From Octopus vulgaris (lineage: Eukaryota), in contig OX597815.1 in assembly GCA_951406725.2 (NCBI GenBank), positions 65,224,001 to 65,288,000 of the forward strand: DNA of 64,000 nucleotides. Reading direction: 5' to 3'. Within the stretch, counting starts at the first letter, position 1, and each line of letters begins with the position of its first letter. Below are positions 13,285 to 25,346 of the stretch, in pieces. The position numbers and the translations under genes are program-made. Under the pieces are notes generated by a model that made no database searches, was not told the DNA's origin, and saw only the letters and a list, made by a program, of their open reading frames with translations.

Positions 13285-13405
13285 CAAAGGACTTCCACAT
13301 TTTCCATCTACCAAATTCACTTACAAGGCTTTGGTCAGCCTGGGCTATTGTAAAAGACACTTACTAAAGGTGCCATGCAGTAGGTCTGAACCTGAAACTA
13401 CACAG
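12880..13405 (-). mobile_element. SINE family A with internal microsatellite (other copies ~2525-2630 -, 16375-16520, 21240-21400, 25345-25730, 37065-37560, 40360-40765, 52545-52790 -, 53240-53655 -, 59640-59870, 63040-63140)
   Basis: Recurrent TGGCTGTGTGGTAAGAAGCTTG...GGTTCAGTCCCAC...CCTTGGGCAAGTGTCTTCTACTATAGC...GTGAGTGGATTTGGTAGAC.GAAACTG and 3' CAGCATGGC.GCAGTC.AATGACTGAAACAAGTAAAAG. Confidence 0.8.
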
Positions 13406-13762
13406 CCATGCATACAGAAAAGCCAAAAAAAGAAAAGAGTTACTATAAGATAATCTATGATTCTACAAAGCGGTTTGGGGAAATTAAGATGGGAAATTCT
13501 GCACGTATTTATGACATTGGTGTAAAATCATTGCATGGTCATAGCTCCGGTATTATAGACATGTTATTAGAATGTTGCAGGAAAGAATCACAAGCCAAAG
13601 GTAAATATTACTTTGCTTGGAAGCTGGTGAGGGGTTGATAGCAAGTTGGACATCTGGCCATTGAAAATTAGCCTCAATGAATTTTGTGTGCCCCATGCAA
13701 ATGTGGAAGAGTGAAAGTTAAATAATGATGATGATTATGATATTAATAACATAAATCGATAG

Positions 13763-14212
13763 TGGTTTCAAATTCTGGCACAAGGCCAGCAGTTTTGGAG
13801 GAGGGGATAAGTTGATTATTTCTATCTATGTTCTCAACTGGTACTGATTTTGTTGACTCTGAAAGGACGAAAGGCAAAGTAAAGCTCGGCAGAATTTGAA
13901 CTCAAGACATTAAGTTGGAAGAAATGCTGCTAAGCATTTCACCTGGCATGCTGATAATTCTGCCAGATTACCACATTAACATAAATTAATATTGATTTCA
14001 AATTTTGGCACAAGGCCAGCAACTTCTGGGGAGGGGTTCAGTCGATAACATTGACCCCAATGTTCAACTGATATGTATTTTATTGACCCCAAAAGGATGA
14101 AAGACAAATCTGACCAAACCTTGGTAGAATTTGAACTTAGAACATTAAGCTGGAAGTAATGCTGTTAAGCATTTTCCTGGTGTGCTAACAATTCTGCCCA
14201 GCTCGCCACCTT
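13763..14212 (-). mobile_element. Two head-to-tail tRNA-derived SINEs, family B (other copies ~20520-20670, 27890-28101, 39245-40360 -, 44280-44410 -, 55066-55298)
   Basis: GGCGAGCTGG.CAGAAT.GTTAGCA...TGAGTTCAAATTC.GC.GAG...CTTTGCCTTTCATCCTTT.GGGGTC ... GGCCTTGTGCCAAAATTTGAAA occurs twice. Confidence 0.85.
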
Positions 14213-14779
14213 AACATAAATTGATATTAATAAATAATAAAGGTATGAAACTTAAACAATTTGACCAATCACTCATTGAAATTTTGGGAACGATTTGTCA
14301 CATTAAAGGAAACCAATAAGAGTTTGAATGTTGTTGTTAGTGAATGTCATGGTAAGTGAAGAGAGAGAGGTTTTGAATGTTGTTGTTAGTGAATATGATG
14401 ATTTACTCTGTTATGGTTGTGATAGATGTGGATTATCCAACACTTATGAAACTGAAACCTAAGGACAATTTGGGTGATTAAGAGACTAATATTCTTCTCA
14501 AAGGCAACATTGGGCCATGATGTTATTTTTAAGTAAAACCATGATCAACAGACCTTAAGCTATTAATGATTAAGAAGCTGATGAAGCTATTTAATGAAGG
14601 TCTTCTAGAACAAGTACCAGTTGAAAGTAAATGTACCCCTCTCATTTAAAAGTTTTAATTAACTGATTACTAAATTGTTAAAATGAAATACTCCATCCAC
14701 CCATTTTCTCTATCCACTATTCCTGGGAGAGTCATGAATGTATAGTCTTCAGGTACCTCTTCCTTAGGTTCCTATCAAA

Positions 14780-15270
14780 GCAACCATCATTTCACTTTCC
14801 AGGTTGATTTCTAAGCATAACCAACCAAGACTATGGATATTATCCATCTCATTCTCTGGTTACCCCCTGTTCTCCTACCAGTTGATATAGTTTGAAGAAT
14901 CTATCTTGCAATTCTTTCCTGTGACATCACATGTCCAAAGTAAGGGAGCTGTGACTTTTCAATGTGGAGAAGTAGTAGTTTGACAAAGCAAAACTCCTTG
15001 ATCTCTGAACTATGCACCTGGTTGAATAACGTTATTCCACAGATCTTTCACAGGCACACCATTTTGGCTGCTTGTATTCATAATTGTATTCTAATGGTCA
15101 GTACCCAACATTCATAATCATAGGTGAGGATAGGTATGGAAACTGAATTGAAGATAGCAAGTTTGGATTCTTTACCAACCCCTTCTGCGTATCTGATGCT
15201 AGAACTGGTGCATTACTGTGCCAGCACCTGTAATTCTAGCATCTAATACTTAAACTTCTCCATTTGCCTC
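14780..15270 (-). mobile_element. RTE-clade LINE fragment (post-RT region)
   Basis: KLAIFNSVSIPILTYDYECWVLT...IQAAKMVCL.KICGITLFNQVHSSEIKE...IEKSQLPYFGHVM. Confidence 0.7.
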
Positions 15271-16037
15271 AGTGTGCACTGAGTAGATATTCTACAGTGA
15301 AATAAGTAGCCGCCTTAAACCCAATCACATGCAAATATGCAAAATGCATGCAATAATATTAGTGACATCACATCATTTAGAAATAAATTGGTTTAATCAA
15401 TATTTCATTCTGAAATATTTTGCTAAATTATTTTACTAAATAGCATTTCAAGGATAACATCACCAGCTTGACATATGTTCTAAAGTAAAAAAAGTTAGTA
15501 TGATAAATTATAGCAATGGGTCTTTTAAGCTGGACATGTTTTCTGTATGGAATTAAAACATTCAGCATAATGTTCCAGAAAACAAATTGATCATGTTATG
15601 AGAAATGACGTTAATTATGCATTGGTGTTGAAACTAACTGAAAATCTGCATGCCAAAGTTGGTCATGTTACAGAAAGGTTGGAATTATCAGGTAAAGTAA
15701 TCAATCAAGTGAAATCTCTGTTAGAGGTTGAAGTAGTGTCTTTGTTCTTGGTGGTATACAGAGGGACAAAGGAAGGTGTCTCCATAAATCATGGTTTACT
15801 TGTTAGAATTAGGGATGTAAAAATGGTGAAGGAAAATTATCAGTTAGAATCATTTCTCAGACTTGTTAATTTCTAAGAAAATCATTAATCGAACCATGTA
15901 TCATATCTTAGACCACTTCAAAACTTAGGGTCCCATTTTCACAAGGGGTTGAATAGCAAAGGCATTTGAACATATAAAGCTGATGTTGATATCAAAGCCA
16001 GTTGGTTCAGGTTAATGATTTCACAAAAAAACTTACC

Positions 16038-16260
16038 TTAACCCTTTAGCATTTAAACCAGTTACATCCAGCTAAAATATTCTACCTGTTTTTTGTTCAA
16101 AGTGGCCAGATTTGGCTTCTCATACCTGACTCTACAATGTTATTCTGGAGCTAAGTAATCATATCATTGAAATCTTGTAGCTATGAGATATTGTATGATA
16201 AATGCAAAACAATGTGAACAAACAAGCATTATAAACAAACTGAATGCTACAGAATTAAGC
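16038..16260. mobile_element. TTAA-flanked MITE (related copy ~28170-28560)
   Basis: Termini TTAACCCTTTAGCATT... and ...AATGCTACAGAATTAA. A reverse-complement homolog lies at 28380-28560. Confidence 0.55.
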
Positions 16261-16591
16261 AACTGATACAAAGGAAAGGCTTCATCATCTTTATTTTAGG
16301 CTTTAATAAGATAGTCATCTTGTCAGGAACATTGACTATAGCTGAAGCAAGACTCAGATATTGAAAGGTTATGGTGCGGGTGTGGCTTTGGTGCAGGGTA
16401 GCTGTATGTTTAAGAAACTTGCTTCCCAACAATGTGATTGTGATTTCAGTCATGTTGTGTGGCATCTTGCACAAGTGACTTCTACTATAGTCCTGAATTG
16501 ACCAATCATATATATCTAAATCTCCATCTATCTGTCTATCTGTCTGTCTATACATACATACATAGATGCACACATGCACACATTCACGCAT

Positions 16592-16633
<42 letters not shown>

Positions 16634-16639
16634 GATTGT

Positions 16640-16745
16640 GAGGGTGTGGAAAAAAGTGAAGATCTGAAAACAGGAAAGGCAGTTGGGCCATCAAGTATAG
16701 TAGCTGAGATACTGAAAATGTCTGGTGTGGAAGGGCCAGAACTTG
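16640..16745 (+). mobile_element. Short RTE LINE RT N-terminal fragment
   Basis: DLKTGKAVGPSSIVAEILKMSGVEG matches the K.GKA.GP.GI..E.LK motif of non-LTR RTs. Confidence 0.6.
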
Positions 16746-17028
16746 AGGCTGAGCAAGATGTAGGAAGGCATGAGATGTTGAAGATTTGGCTCCAAGCAGC
16801 TGAGCCCCATGAAGAAGATGACAAAAAACAACAATAAGTAGTGACACACCAAACTGGAAAAGCCCTACCATCCATGCAAGAATGGCAAAATTGACATAAA
16901 AATGGTGTTGTTGACAGAGATTAGGCTGTATAATATAGATGTAGGAACCAAACTTAGTTCTGTTTTTACAACAAAAACAAAAAAGTAATACTTATAGACA
17001 AATTTAATCATAGATATATCTTCCAATG

Positions 17029-18953
17029 TCGGTTAATATAGGGCGTTACGATTATCAGAAAATCAAAAAAAAAATGTGTGTAATAGGTGTAAAACAACTT
17101 CCTATGAACGAATATGAAAAAAAAATTCGCGCACGCGAAAGGGGGTGGGGGAGAGGCCTCGGAAAATTCACATCGGGAAGTTCCGAAAGCGTCTGAGGAG
17201 CTGACCCGGGCACCAAAACAAAAAAAAATAGTGTAATATGTGTAAAACAACTTGCTCTAAACGAATATAACAAAATAAATGCGCTCTCGCGAAAGAGGGG
17301 TGGGGAGAGGCCTCGGAAAATTTATATCGGGAATTTCCGAAAGCGTCTGAACCGGGCACAAAAACAGAAACAAAAACAGCGTAATAGGTGTAAAACAACT
17401 TGCTCTAAACGACTATCATGAAAAAAATGCGCGCTCGCGAAAGGGGGTGGGGGAGAGGCTTCGGAAATTTCACATCTTCAGTCCACGGCCTTTAAACTAA
17501 GAAAAAATAGTGTAATTGGTGTAAAACTACTTGTTCTAAACGAGTATCAAGAACACACACTCACACATGAATCATAAACTCCGTATTTTTGTACATATTT
17601 CGCAAAAAAAAAAATAAAGAGAAGAAATTCTGGAAAAAGTGAAGAAATGTTGGATCTCCGCCATGTGAATCAAAATACGTGTCAGAAACATCTTGAAATA
17701 CTACAGAAATTATGTTACGAAAATGATAATGTATACATACCTCTTTGAGTGGTCCATCGATAATGATGATAAAGAAATGAGTTGGATTTGAACTCAGAAT
17801 ATTGACTAACACAACTACATACTACAAGACTCAAAATATTCAGCCAAGTCACCACCCTTTAACTAGCAATAATAATAACATCAATAACATAACAGCCAAA
17901 AGATTTATTTGTTCTGAAAATAACAATCATAGTAAATAAATATGTTCTTTAATATTCACATTCATGTGCACAGTTAAACACACTTACATACAAACAGTCA
18001 CGCATGCATAATACAGAACGGAACACATAAATGAAGGATGCATTACTTAGTATATATTACATCTAGAGAATTTTGATTAATAAGTCAAATATGCAAATTA
18101 TAAAGATAATTAATTGCTTTACTAAACAGTGTTGTAAAGGTGAAAAAATAAATTTGGGAAAAAAATACACGCCAAAACTAATTAATAAAGGATAATAATT
18201 TTTTCTGTCTCTTTTTTTCTGATAAATGCATCTTAATAAGTGAGAAGAATTGCATATATCTGAACTATTTCAAAGAAAAGCATAAATTTAATGTTTAAAA
18301 TAGCTTTAACCAAGGAATGAGATCCAACATTTCTTCACTTTTTCCAGAATTTCTTCTCTTTATTTATTTTTTTTTTGCGAAATATGTACAAAAATACGGA
18401 GTTTATGATTCATGTGTGAGTGTGTGTTCTTGATACTCGTTTAGAACAAGTAGTTTTACACCAATTACACTATTTTTTCTTAGTTTAAAGGCCGTGGACT
18501 GAAGATGTGAAATTTCCGAAGCCTCTCCCCCACCCCCCTTTCGCGAGCGCGCATTTTTTTCATGATAGTCGTTTAGAGCAAGTTGTTTTACACCTATTAC
18601 GCTGTTTTTGTTTTTGTTTTTGTGCCCGGTTCAGACGCTTTCGGAAATTCCCGATATAAATTTTCCGAGGCCTCTCCCCACCCCTCTTTCGCGAGAGCGC
18701 ATTTTTTTTGTTATATTCGTTTAGAGCAAGTTGTTTTACACATATTACACTATTTTCTTTTTGTTTTGGTGCCCGGGTCAGCTCCTCAGACGCTTTCGGA
18801 ACTTCCCGATGTGAATTTTCCGAGGCCTCTCCCCCACCCCCTTTCGCGTGCGCGAATTTTTTTTTCATATTCGTTCATAGGAAGTTGTTTTACACCTATT
18901 ACACACATTTATTTTTTGATTTTCTGATAATCGTAACGCCCTATATTAACCGA
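17029..18953. mobile_element. Foldback-like non-coding element: ~630-bp near-identical inverted arms with internal tandem subrepeats, ~660-bp spacer
   Basis: Left arm 17029-17658 (TCGGTTAATATAGGGCGTTACG...GTTGGATCTC) is the reverse complement of 18319-18953. 130-150-bp subunits start TAAT.(G/T)GTGTAAAAC.ACTT at ~17081, 17234, 17382 and 17513. Confidence 0.9.
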
Positions 18954-19039
18954 ACATCTTTCTATCTTTCAATGTATTTATTAATGCCTCGTTTGTAAAA
19001 TTTGTTAGGTTTTGATGAGAAATAAGAAACCAATTAATG

Positions 19040-20030
19040 TTCAGTTTCTTCTCTTGACATCAATCTTTGTCCATCAAAATGGTTTGGTAAACTCTTAAAA
19101 AAATGATAGTCCAAAAGAGCAAGGTCAGAAGAATAAAGTGGGTACAGAATTTTTCCCTAAATTCCTCTACCAGATCCTTGGTGAATTTTGCAGTATGAAG
19201 ATGGGCCTTATTGTAATGAAAGAATGACAGGCATTTTCTCTCCAAACTAGTATCAAATGGTGAAACTGCTGACAGTACACATAAGTATTGATGGCGTGAT
19301 TATTTCCCAACAGTCCATAATAGATGATTCTTTGGAAGACCCACCATACATTCAACATGACCATTTTGAGATGAAAGACTCCTCTTGGTTTCTGAACTGG
19401 TCAGTCCCCACAACTGATTCACTGATGATGATACTTATCATTATAGTAAAGAATCTATTTCTTATCACCACTCATGACCTGTTTAAAGATGGATCTTGAA
19501 GCTATCTTGAAGCTATCTTATAAGTAAAAACTTTAAGATGTAGAGACAGTGCTGGCATTTCACTCCAGACAGACTGTGTGGGACCAACTTTTCAGCCACT
19601 AACACACCTACAATCCTGTTTAATTCATGTCCAGTAGCTGAATAGTTAATATCAAAATGCTCACCAATTTTTCTAGTAGTAATGAAAGGAACAACTCAAA
19701 TAATCTCATCAAGTTTCTCTGGATTAAGTCCTTTCTTAAATAAGAAAATCACTTTCTATTCTTTCACTTAAAACATGAGAACCACAAATGTTCTGAATGA
19801 AATTTGCTGTTGCACTAACCTTACTACCTTTATGAAACTCATAAAGTAAAACAAACCTAACATGCTCTCTAGTTAGCTTGAACATGGAGTCATGTTGCAA
19901 GGTATTTTGACAATAAACTTGGTATAACCAGAGAAAAATAGATAATATACATAGGAAGACATTTCTAGAAAAATAAATAATATGCATAGGAAGGTATTAC
20001 TAAGCAATGTAAAGAGATGATACTCAAATA
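19040..20030 (-). mobile_element. Decayed mariner transposon
   Basis: REHVRFVLLYEFHKGSKVSATANFIQNICG (HTH), VMLNVWW...IIYYGLL...INTYVYCQQFHHL, FHYNKAHLHTAKFTK (the HDNARPH equivalent). Many frameshifts. Confidence 0.85.
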
Positions 20031-20804
20031 AACCTTGTTTAATATCTTCAGTTCAAAAGTTGGAGCTCATACACATTCATTCTAACCTGATACATTTATT
20101 CAATACATTCTACCTAGCTTTTTAAAAGAAGACAGGGTGCAATGAATTGCAAATTTGGCTGCTATTTCTAACAGATTGAGCAAACATATAAAGACTCCTT
20201 CAGTGAATAACAGTAGTTTTATAACAAAGAATGGCCTACAGATGTGATTGGGTCTTGAGGACATGTAATAAAAGTCTTTGAATAGTAGCATCTGTTTGAT
20301 GAAGTGTATGAATTCTTGAATGAAGACAGGTGGCAGAAGATAATAGAAATGTCATTCTAATAAATACAGGAAGGGCTTCTTTCACTGATAATTGACATTT
20401 AATGATGGTGAATAATACATAGGATGAGGGGTGAAGGAAAGTAGAGGCAGGGTAAAAGTGGTAATGTCTGATCTACAAAATTTGAGTGTCACAGTTGAGA
20501 TAAAGGTGATAGATTAGCAGAAGTGTCATGGGGTGAAGGAGCAGGCACAATGCCTTGCAGTGATTATAGTCTGAGTTCAAATCCCATTGGGGTCAACTTT
20601 GTCTTTCATCCAGATGTTGGAAGGGGAAGGGATGTCAATTAAATCAAGTATGAGTCATGAACTGGGGGAAATTTATAGTTCTGTAATGATTCCTGGATAT
20701 GAATGGAATTTTACTAAATGACAGGACAAGATTACGCAGGATTGAGATGAATAAAAACATGTTGTAAATATGACAGCAGGGAAATATGGACAACAAAAAC
20801 AATG

Positions 20805-20921
20805 ATGATGATGATGAGGAGGAGGATAGTGTTGGTGTTGATGATGATGGTGGTTGTGGTGATGATGATGAGATGATGACAGCAGTATTGAATGAGGTGG
20901 TGGTAGTGTTGGGGAGGATGT

Positions 20922-20970
<49 letters not shown>

Positions 20971-21120
20971 GAAGAACTGATAATGATGATAGTGGGGATG
21001 ATAGTGACAGAGGTGATAGCATCAGGTAAGATGCTATTGCTGCTGATAAGGAAGATGATGATGATGACAATTAGGGTAATGATGGTGGCAATGATGCTAA
21101 CATCAATAACAATGATAAAA
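20805..21120. repeat. Degenerate (GAT)n trinucleotide tract
   Basis: Directly visible, with a pure core at ~20922-20968. Confidence 0.9.
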
Positions 21121-21457
21121 ATAAGAGCCTATGGCATTATGTGTTGTTGGAGAAAGCAGATATAACAACAATGTAGTTGTATTTATAAAGACAGAATTAA
21201 TATCAGAAGCAATACTGCAGAGACATTCCTTAGTCTTTGGTATGGCTGTGTGGTTAAGAAGGTTGCTTTTCAGTCACATGGTTTTGAGCTCGGTCCCACC
21301 CCATGACACCTTGGGCAAGTATTTTCTACTACAGACTAGGCTGACCAAAGCTTTGTGAGTGAATTTAGTAGATAAAAATGTACAGAAACCCACTGTGTGT
21401 ATGTATGTATGTATGTATGTGTGTGTGTGTGTATATATATGTGTGTGTGTGTGTGTG

Positions 21458-21488
<31 letters not shown>

Positions 21489-21590
21489 ATAGTAAATCCA
21501 AAAAAGAAGAACAAACACAAAAACCACAACAACATGAGGATGTGGTACATGTAAAGTATCAGCAGATGCTCAGGGAAAGAAAGAAAGATG

Positions 21591-21625
21591 GTTTAATGTT
21601 TCAAGCAATGCTCTTCTTCAGAAAC
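21591..21625 (-). ncRNA. Decayed minimal hammerhead motif in a solo Penelope-type terminal fragment (~21491-21690)
   Basis: gttt-CTGAAGA-a-GAGC(att)GCTT-GAAAC-att-aaac has the same layout as 3473-3510. The surrounding sequence resembles 3390-3560 (GCTCAGG.A.AGAA..., ...AACAAACA). Confidence 0.6.
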
Positions 21626-22049
21626 AGAGGAAAATCCAATAGAAAGGAAGACAGAGGAAGGAAATCGCCAACAATTCACGTGTGGTTACATAGTCACTAT
21701 GAGAACATTTAAATCTCTTATGAGGATCTTCTTATCCAAAATACACTTGTTCAATAATTTGTATTTTGAGATATTTCTTCAATGAATATATTATATAAAA
21801 TATCATAAAATATCAAATACTATTAAGTTTGAAAACCAATACAAATTAATTTATTATTTAATTAACATCTTAACCTACAATTTTTTCATTTCTCAATCAA
21901 AATTAAAAATGCAAAACATATAAGTATGTAATCTTACATTTTAAAATACCTTGGGGGGAAACTCATCAGGGTGTACAAAAGATACAATGCAAGGATTACA
22001 TTATGATCTGTTGGAATACTCCAATACACTCAGGATGTATATATGTGTA

Positions 22050-22082
<33 letters not shown>

Positions 22083-23062
22083 ATACCTGTGTGTGTGTGT
22101 GTGTACATGGCCTAGTGGTCAGGCAGTTACATACACATTCGCTAGATCATGTGTTCGATTCCCTGATTGGGTGCCATGTTATGTTCTTGAGCAAAACACT
22201 TCATTTCACAATGCTCCAGTCCTCACACTTGATCATTGGGAAATGCTGGCCTGCTTGCCTCGCCAGCAAAGTGGCATCATTTGAAGGCTAAAACAATGCA
22301 TAGTGCATTGTGATCAGTGATATTTAACAGCATGTGATAGTTTGGTCAGTTGTGTGTTACATAATATATATATTCATACATACATGTATAAATATATATA
22401 TATATATATATATATAAAGTAAAGGTAAAAATAACCTTTATGAGTCATACCAACTTATGAGGGCTGGTTTCCCAGTCTCCACCCGGGCAGGACACTGGTT
22501 CGTCACAGAATTTCTCACTTTTGCTAGCTGAGTGAACTGGAGTAATGTGAAATGAAGTGTTTTGCTCAAGAACATAACACATTGCCTTGTCCAGGATTTG
22601 AAACCACAATCTTAAGATTATGGGCCCAACAACCTAACCACTAAACCACGCACCTCCACTTATATACACATATATATATATATATATATATATATCATCA
22701 TCATCATCATCATCATCATCGTTTAGCGTCCGTTTTCCATGCTGGCATGGGTTGGACGGGTCAACTGGGGTCTGTGAAGCTGGAAGGCTTCGTCAGGCCC
22801 AGTCAGATCTGGCAGTGTTTCTACGGCTGGATGCCCTTCCTAACGCCAACCACTCCGCGAGTGTAGTGGATGTTTTTTACGTGCCACCTGCACAGGTGCC
22901 AGACAGAGCTGGCGAACGGCCACGAACGGATGGTGCTTTTACGTGTCACCGGCACGGGGCCAGGCGATGCTATATATATATATATATATATATTTGTGTG
23001 TGTGTGTGTGTGTGTATATATAAGTGTGTGTGTGTGTGTGTATCTACGTGTATATATATGTA

Positions 23063-24886
23063 TCTTATATATAAATGGCAATTTCTGTCTGTCTATCTGT
23101 TACCATCTTGGTGCTTATACCAGCAAACCAGTCTTCCCCAAAGTTTGCATACATGTTGCATACATGCTCAATTATAGGCTAATTGGATTTCAATAAAATC
23201 AATAATGCGCCTCCTATGGGGGTTGGGCTATTATATGATAAAATGAGAAGGGTGCAAAAACTGTCAGGTTGGGGAAATGTGGTGACATAATGAGGGTGGC
23301 TGATATCAGGGAAGGGGAGGACACAGGAAGAGTCTGAGACAATGAGAGACAGGGACAGAGCAGGAGAGAGAGAATGTGTTTACTGAAGGAAAGAGTGAAT
23401 TTTAATATTTTGTTCTTTCATTTTTACCTATCACTTAACGTATATGCTTTATTGAATTAACTATCATATCTCAGTAAAAACTTTTACAATATGTCTAACA
23501 ACAGAGGTTAAACTAATACGGGAAAGGTAATGTATTTTTATATTCGCTTTCAAATCACCGTATTAAGATTTATTAAAACTTTACCAATGTACTGAAACAA
23601 TAACACTATATATATTGTCTTTCATTTTCTCCCATAGATGAATAGCCCATCGTTGTCAGGCAATTTTTACAATAGAATGTCTGATATAAATTTTGGCTTA
23701 TTCCATGTCAGACCATGTCTTCCACGACAGATAGGCCTCTTGATCAGGACAGATTTGCGTAATTTTTCATAAAAAAATTTCCTTGATGTTCTTTTTCCTT
23801 TTTTAATTATATACATGTTTGTTTGACCATTTCCCATGACTTTATTCATTAAAACTTATTAAAACTTCAGAAGACAACTTTGGTTGTCGTAATGCTTTGT
23901 TTAATAATAATTCTTCATTTCATTTTGTGATCGACAGCTATCATGCAGAAAATGCCATCTTCCAAATCCTGTTTTCTGATTAGGTAAAATTGACTAAACT
24001 TTGAACCCCAGTATCAGGGAGGGAGAGAGGACAGGAAGAGACAGAGAGACAGGGAATGTGAGAGTCAGACAGAGAGAATGAGAGACAGGGACAGAGCAGG
24101 AAATAGAGAATGTGTTTACTGAAGGGAAGAGCAAATTTTAATACTTTGTTCTTTAATCTTTACCTATTACTTAACACATGCCTCCCACCTCACAACCTGC
24201 ACCTCATGATTGAGACACCAGTGATGCTTTTAAGAAACTGGACTTAGCCAAGCTTTGCAATGGTGCATGACTTACAATCAACATGATGATGCCAAAAGTT
24301 TAAGAGGCGACCATTCTCACTGGTAAAGCAAGTGGTGGGGTTGTCTTCATACCACAAATTCTGCTGATTCCTCCTGACATGCCATTTGAGTTCAAACAAC
24401 TGAAATTTCCTGTAAAACTGAGTTTTGTAATGACAATAAACAAGACTCAGGGACAGTCCTTGGAGGTGGTAGGCTTAAACCTTGCAGAACTTGTTTCTTC
24501 CCATGGCCAACAGTATGTGCATTGCTCAAGAGTCAGTAATCCAAATCATTTGTTTACTTATGCTCCAGAGGGCAAGACCAAAAATGTAGTATATCAAGAG
24601 GCTCTGCAAAATTGATAATAATCAACTATTAATCAATTGTTTCATAGTCGCACATCATCAATCCTCTCATCCTTCCAACCATCCACCAATTCAACTTTGA
24701 TATTACCTTACCATTACAATCAATCACTTGTATGATTCATGTGTATTACTTGCCAGTATTTGTAAATCTATTTGTAATTTAAACAGAAACTAAACAGGGG
24801 ATGGGATAGGACATGAAACTGTATAATGGGAATAGGAACTGGAAATAATCCCTGTTTTTCCAGGTATTACTAGGTAATTCAGCTAG
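23063..24886 (+). mobile_element. Complete non-autonomous Helitron (internal deletion derivative) retaining the helicase C-terminus
   Basis: A|TC 5' end (TCTTATATATAAATGGCAATTTCTGTCTGTCT) and 3' CTAG|T at 24883-24887. PIF1 C-terminal motifs PVMLLRN, KLCNGARL, FPVKLSFVMTINKTQGQSL, SHGQQYVHCSRV, KTKNVVYQEAL at ~24180-24615. Confidence 0.88.
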
Positions 24887-24902
24887 TATATATATATATA
24901 TA

Positions 24903-24957
<55 letters not shown>

Positions 24958-24989
24958 ATATATGTATGTATATATGTAAATATATATTT

Positions 24990-25346
24990 TATGGAAAATA
25001 AAGTAAATTTCAAACACAGGACAGCTGTGAAAACAGCCTTGAAAATTTGATAAATACCCCAAGAACATGGAAAAAAGTTGCCAGAAGGCAACTACAGAGA
25101 ATCAAGCCCTGTACCTCTCAGACATTGGCTGAGTACTATTAAGTTACATGAACCCAGACAACAGTTACCATCTATTATAAGGCTAAATAATAACTTTTTG
25201 GAATGGGAGAACATTTTTTATAAAGAAGCTTAGAAGTGTTGAGTGGGTTGGTATTTTACTGGAAATAAAGTAAATTTTAAATGTGAGATAGTTGTGAAAA
25301 CAGCCTAGAAAACTCTATGAATATCCCTAGAAGATGGAAAAAATTT
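24990..25346 (+). repeat. Diverged ~270-bp-period direct repeat (related sequence at ~56408-56545)
   Basis: AAATAAAGTAAATTT.AAA....GA.AG.TGTGAAAACAGCCT.GAAAA...ATA.CCC.AGAA.ATGGAAAAAA occurs at ~24995 and ~25263. Confidence 0.6.

Noticed and set aside
17081-17540. Regularly spaced TAATAGGTGTAAAACAACTT motifs as a CRISPR-like array
   Set aside because: The intervening sequences are homologous to each other rather than unique spacers, the context is eukaryotic, and there are no cas genes. They are subrepeats of the foldback arms.
21955-21975. CTGATGA on the minus strand
   Set aside because: No matching stem II/GAAAC/NUH arrangement could be found.
22105-22180. tRNA gene-like sequences at SINE heads
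   Set aside because: A/B-box-like heads continue into SINE bodies and do not fold into complete cloverleaves.
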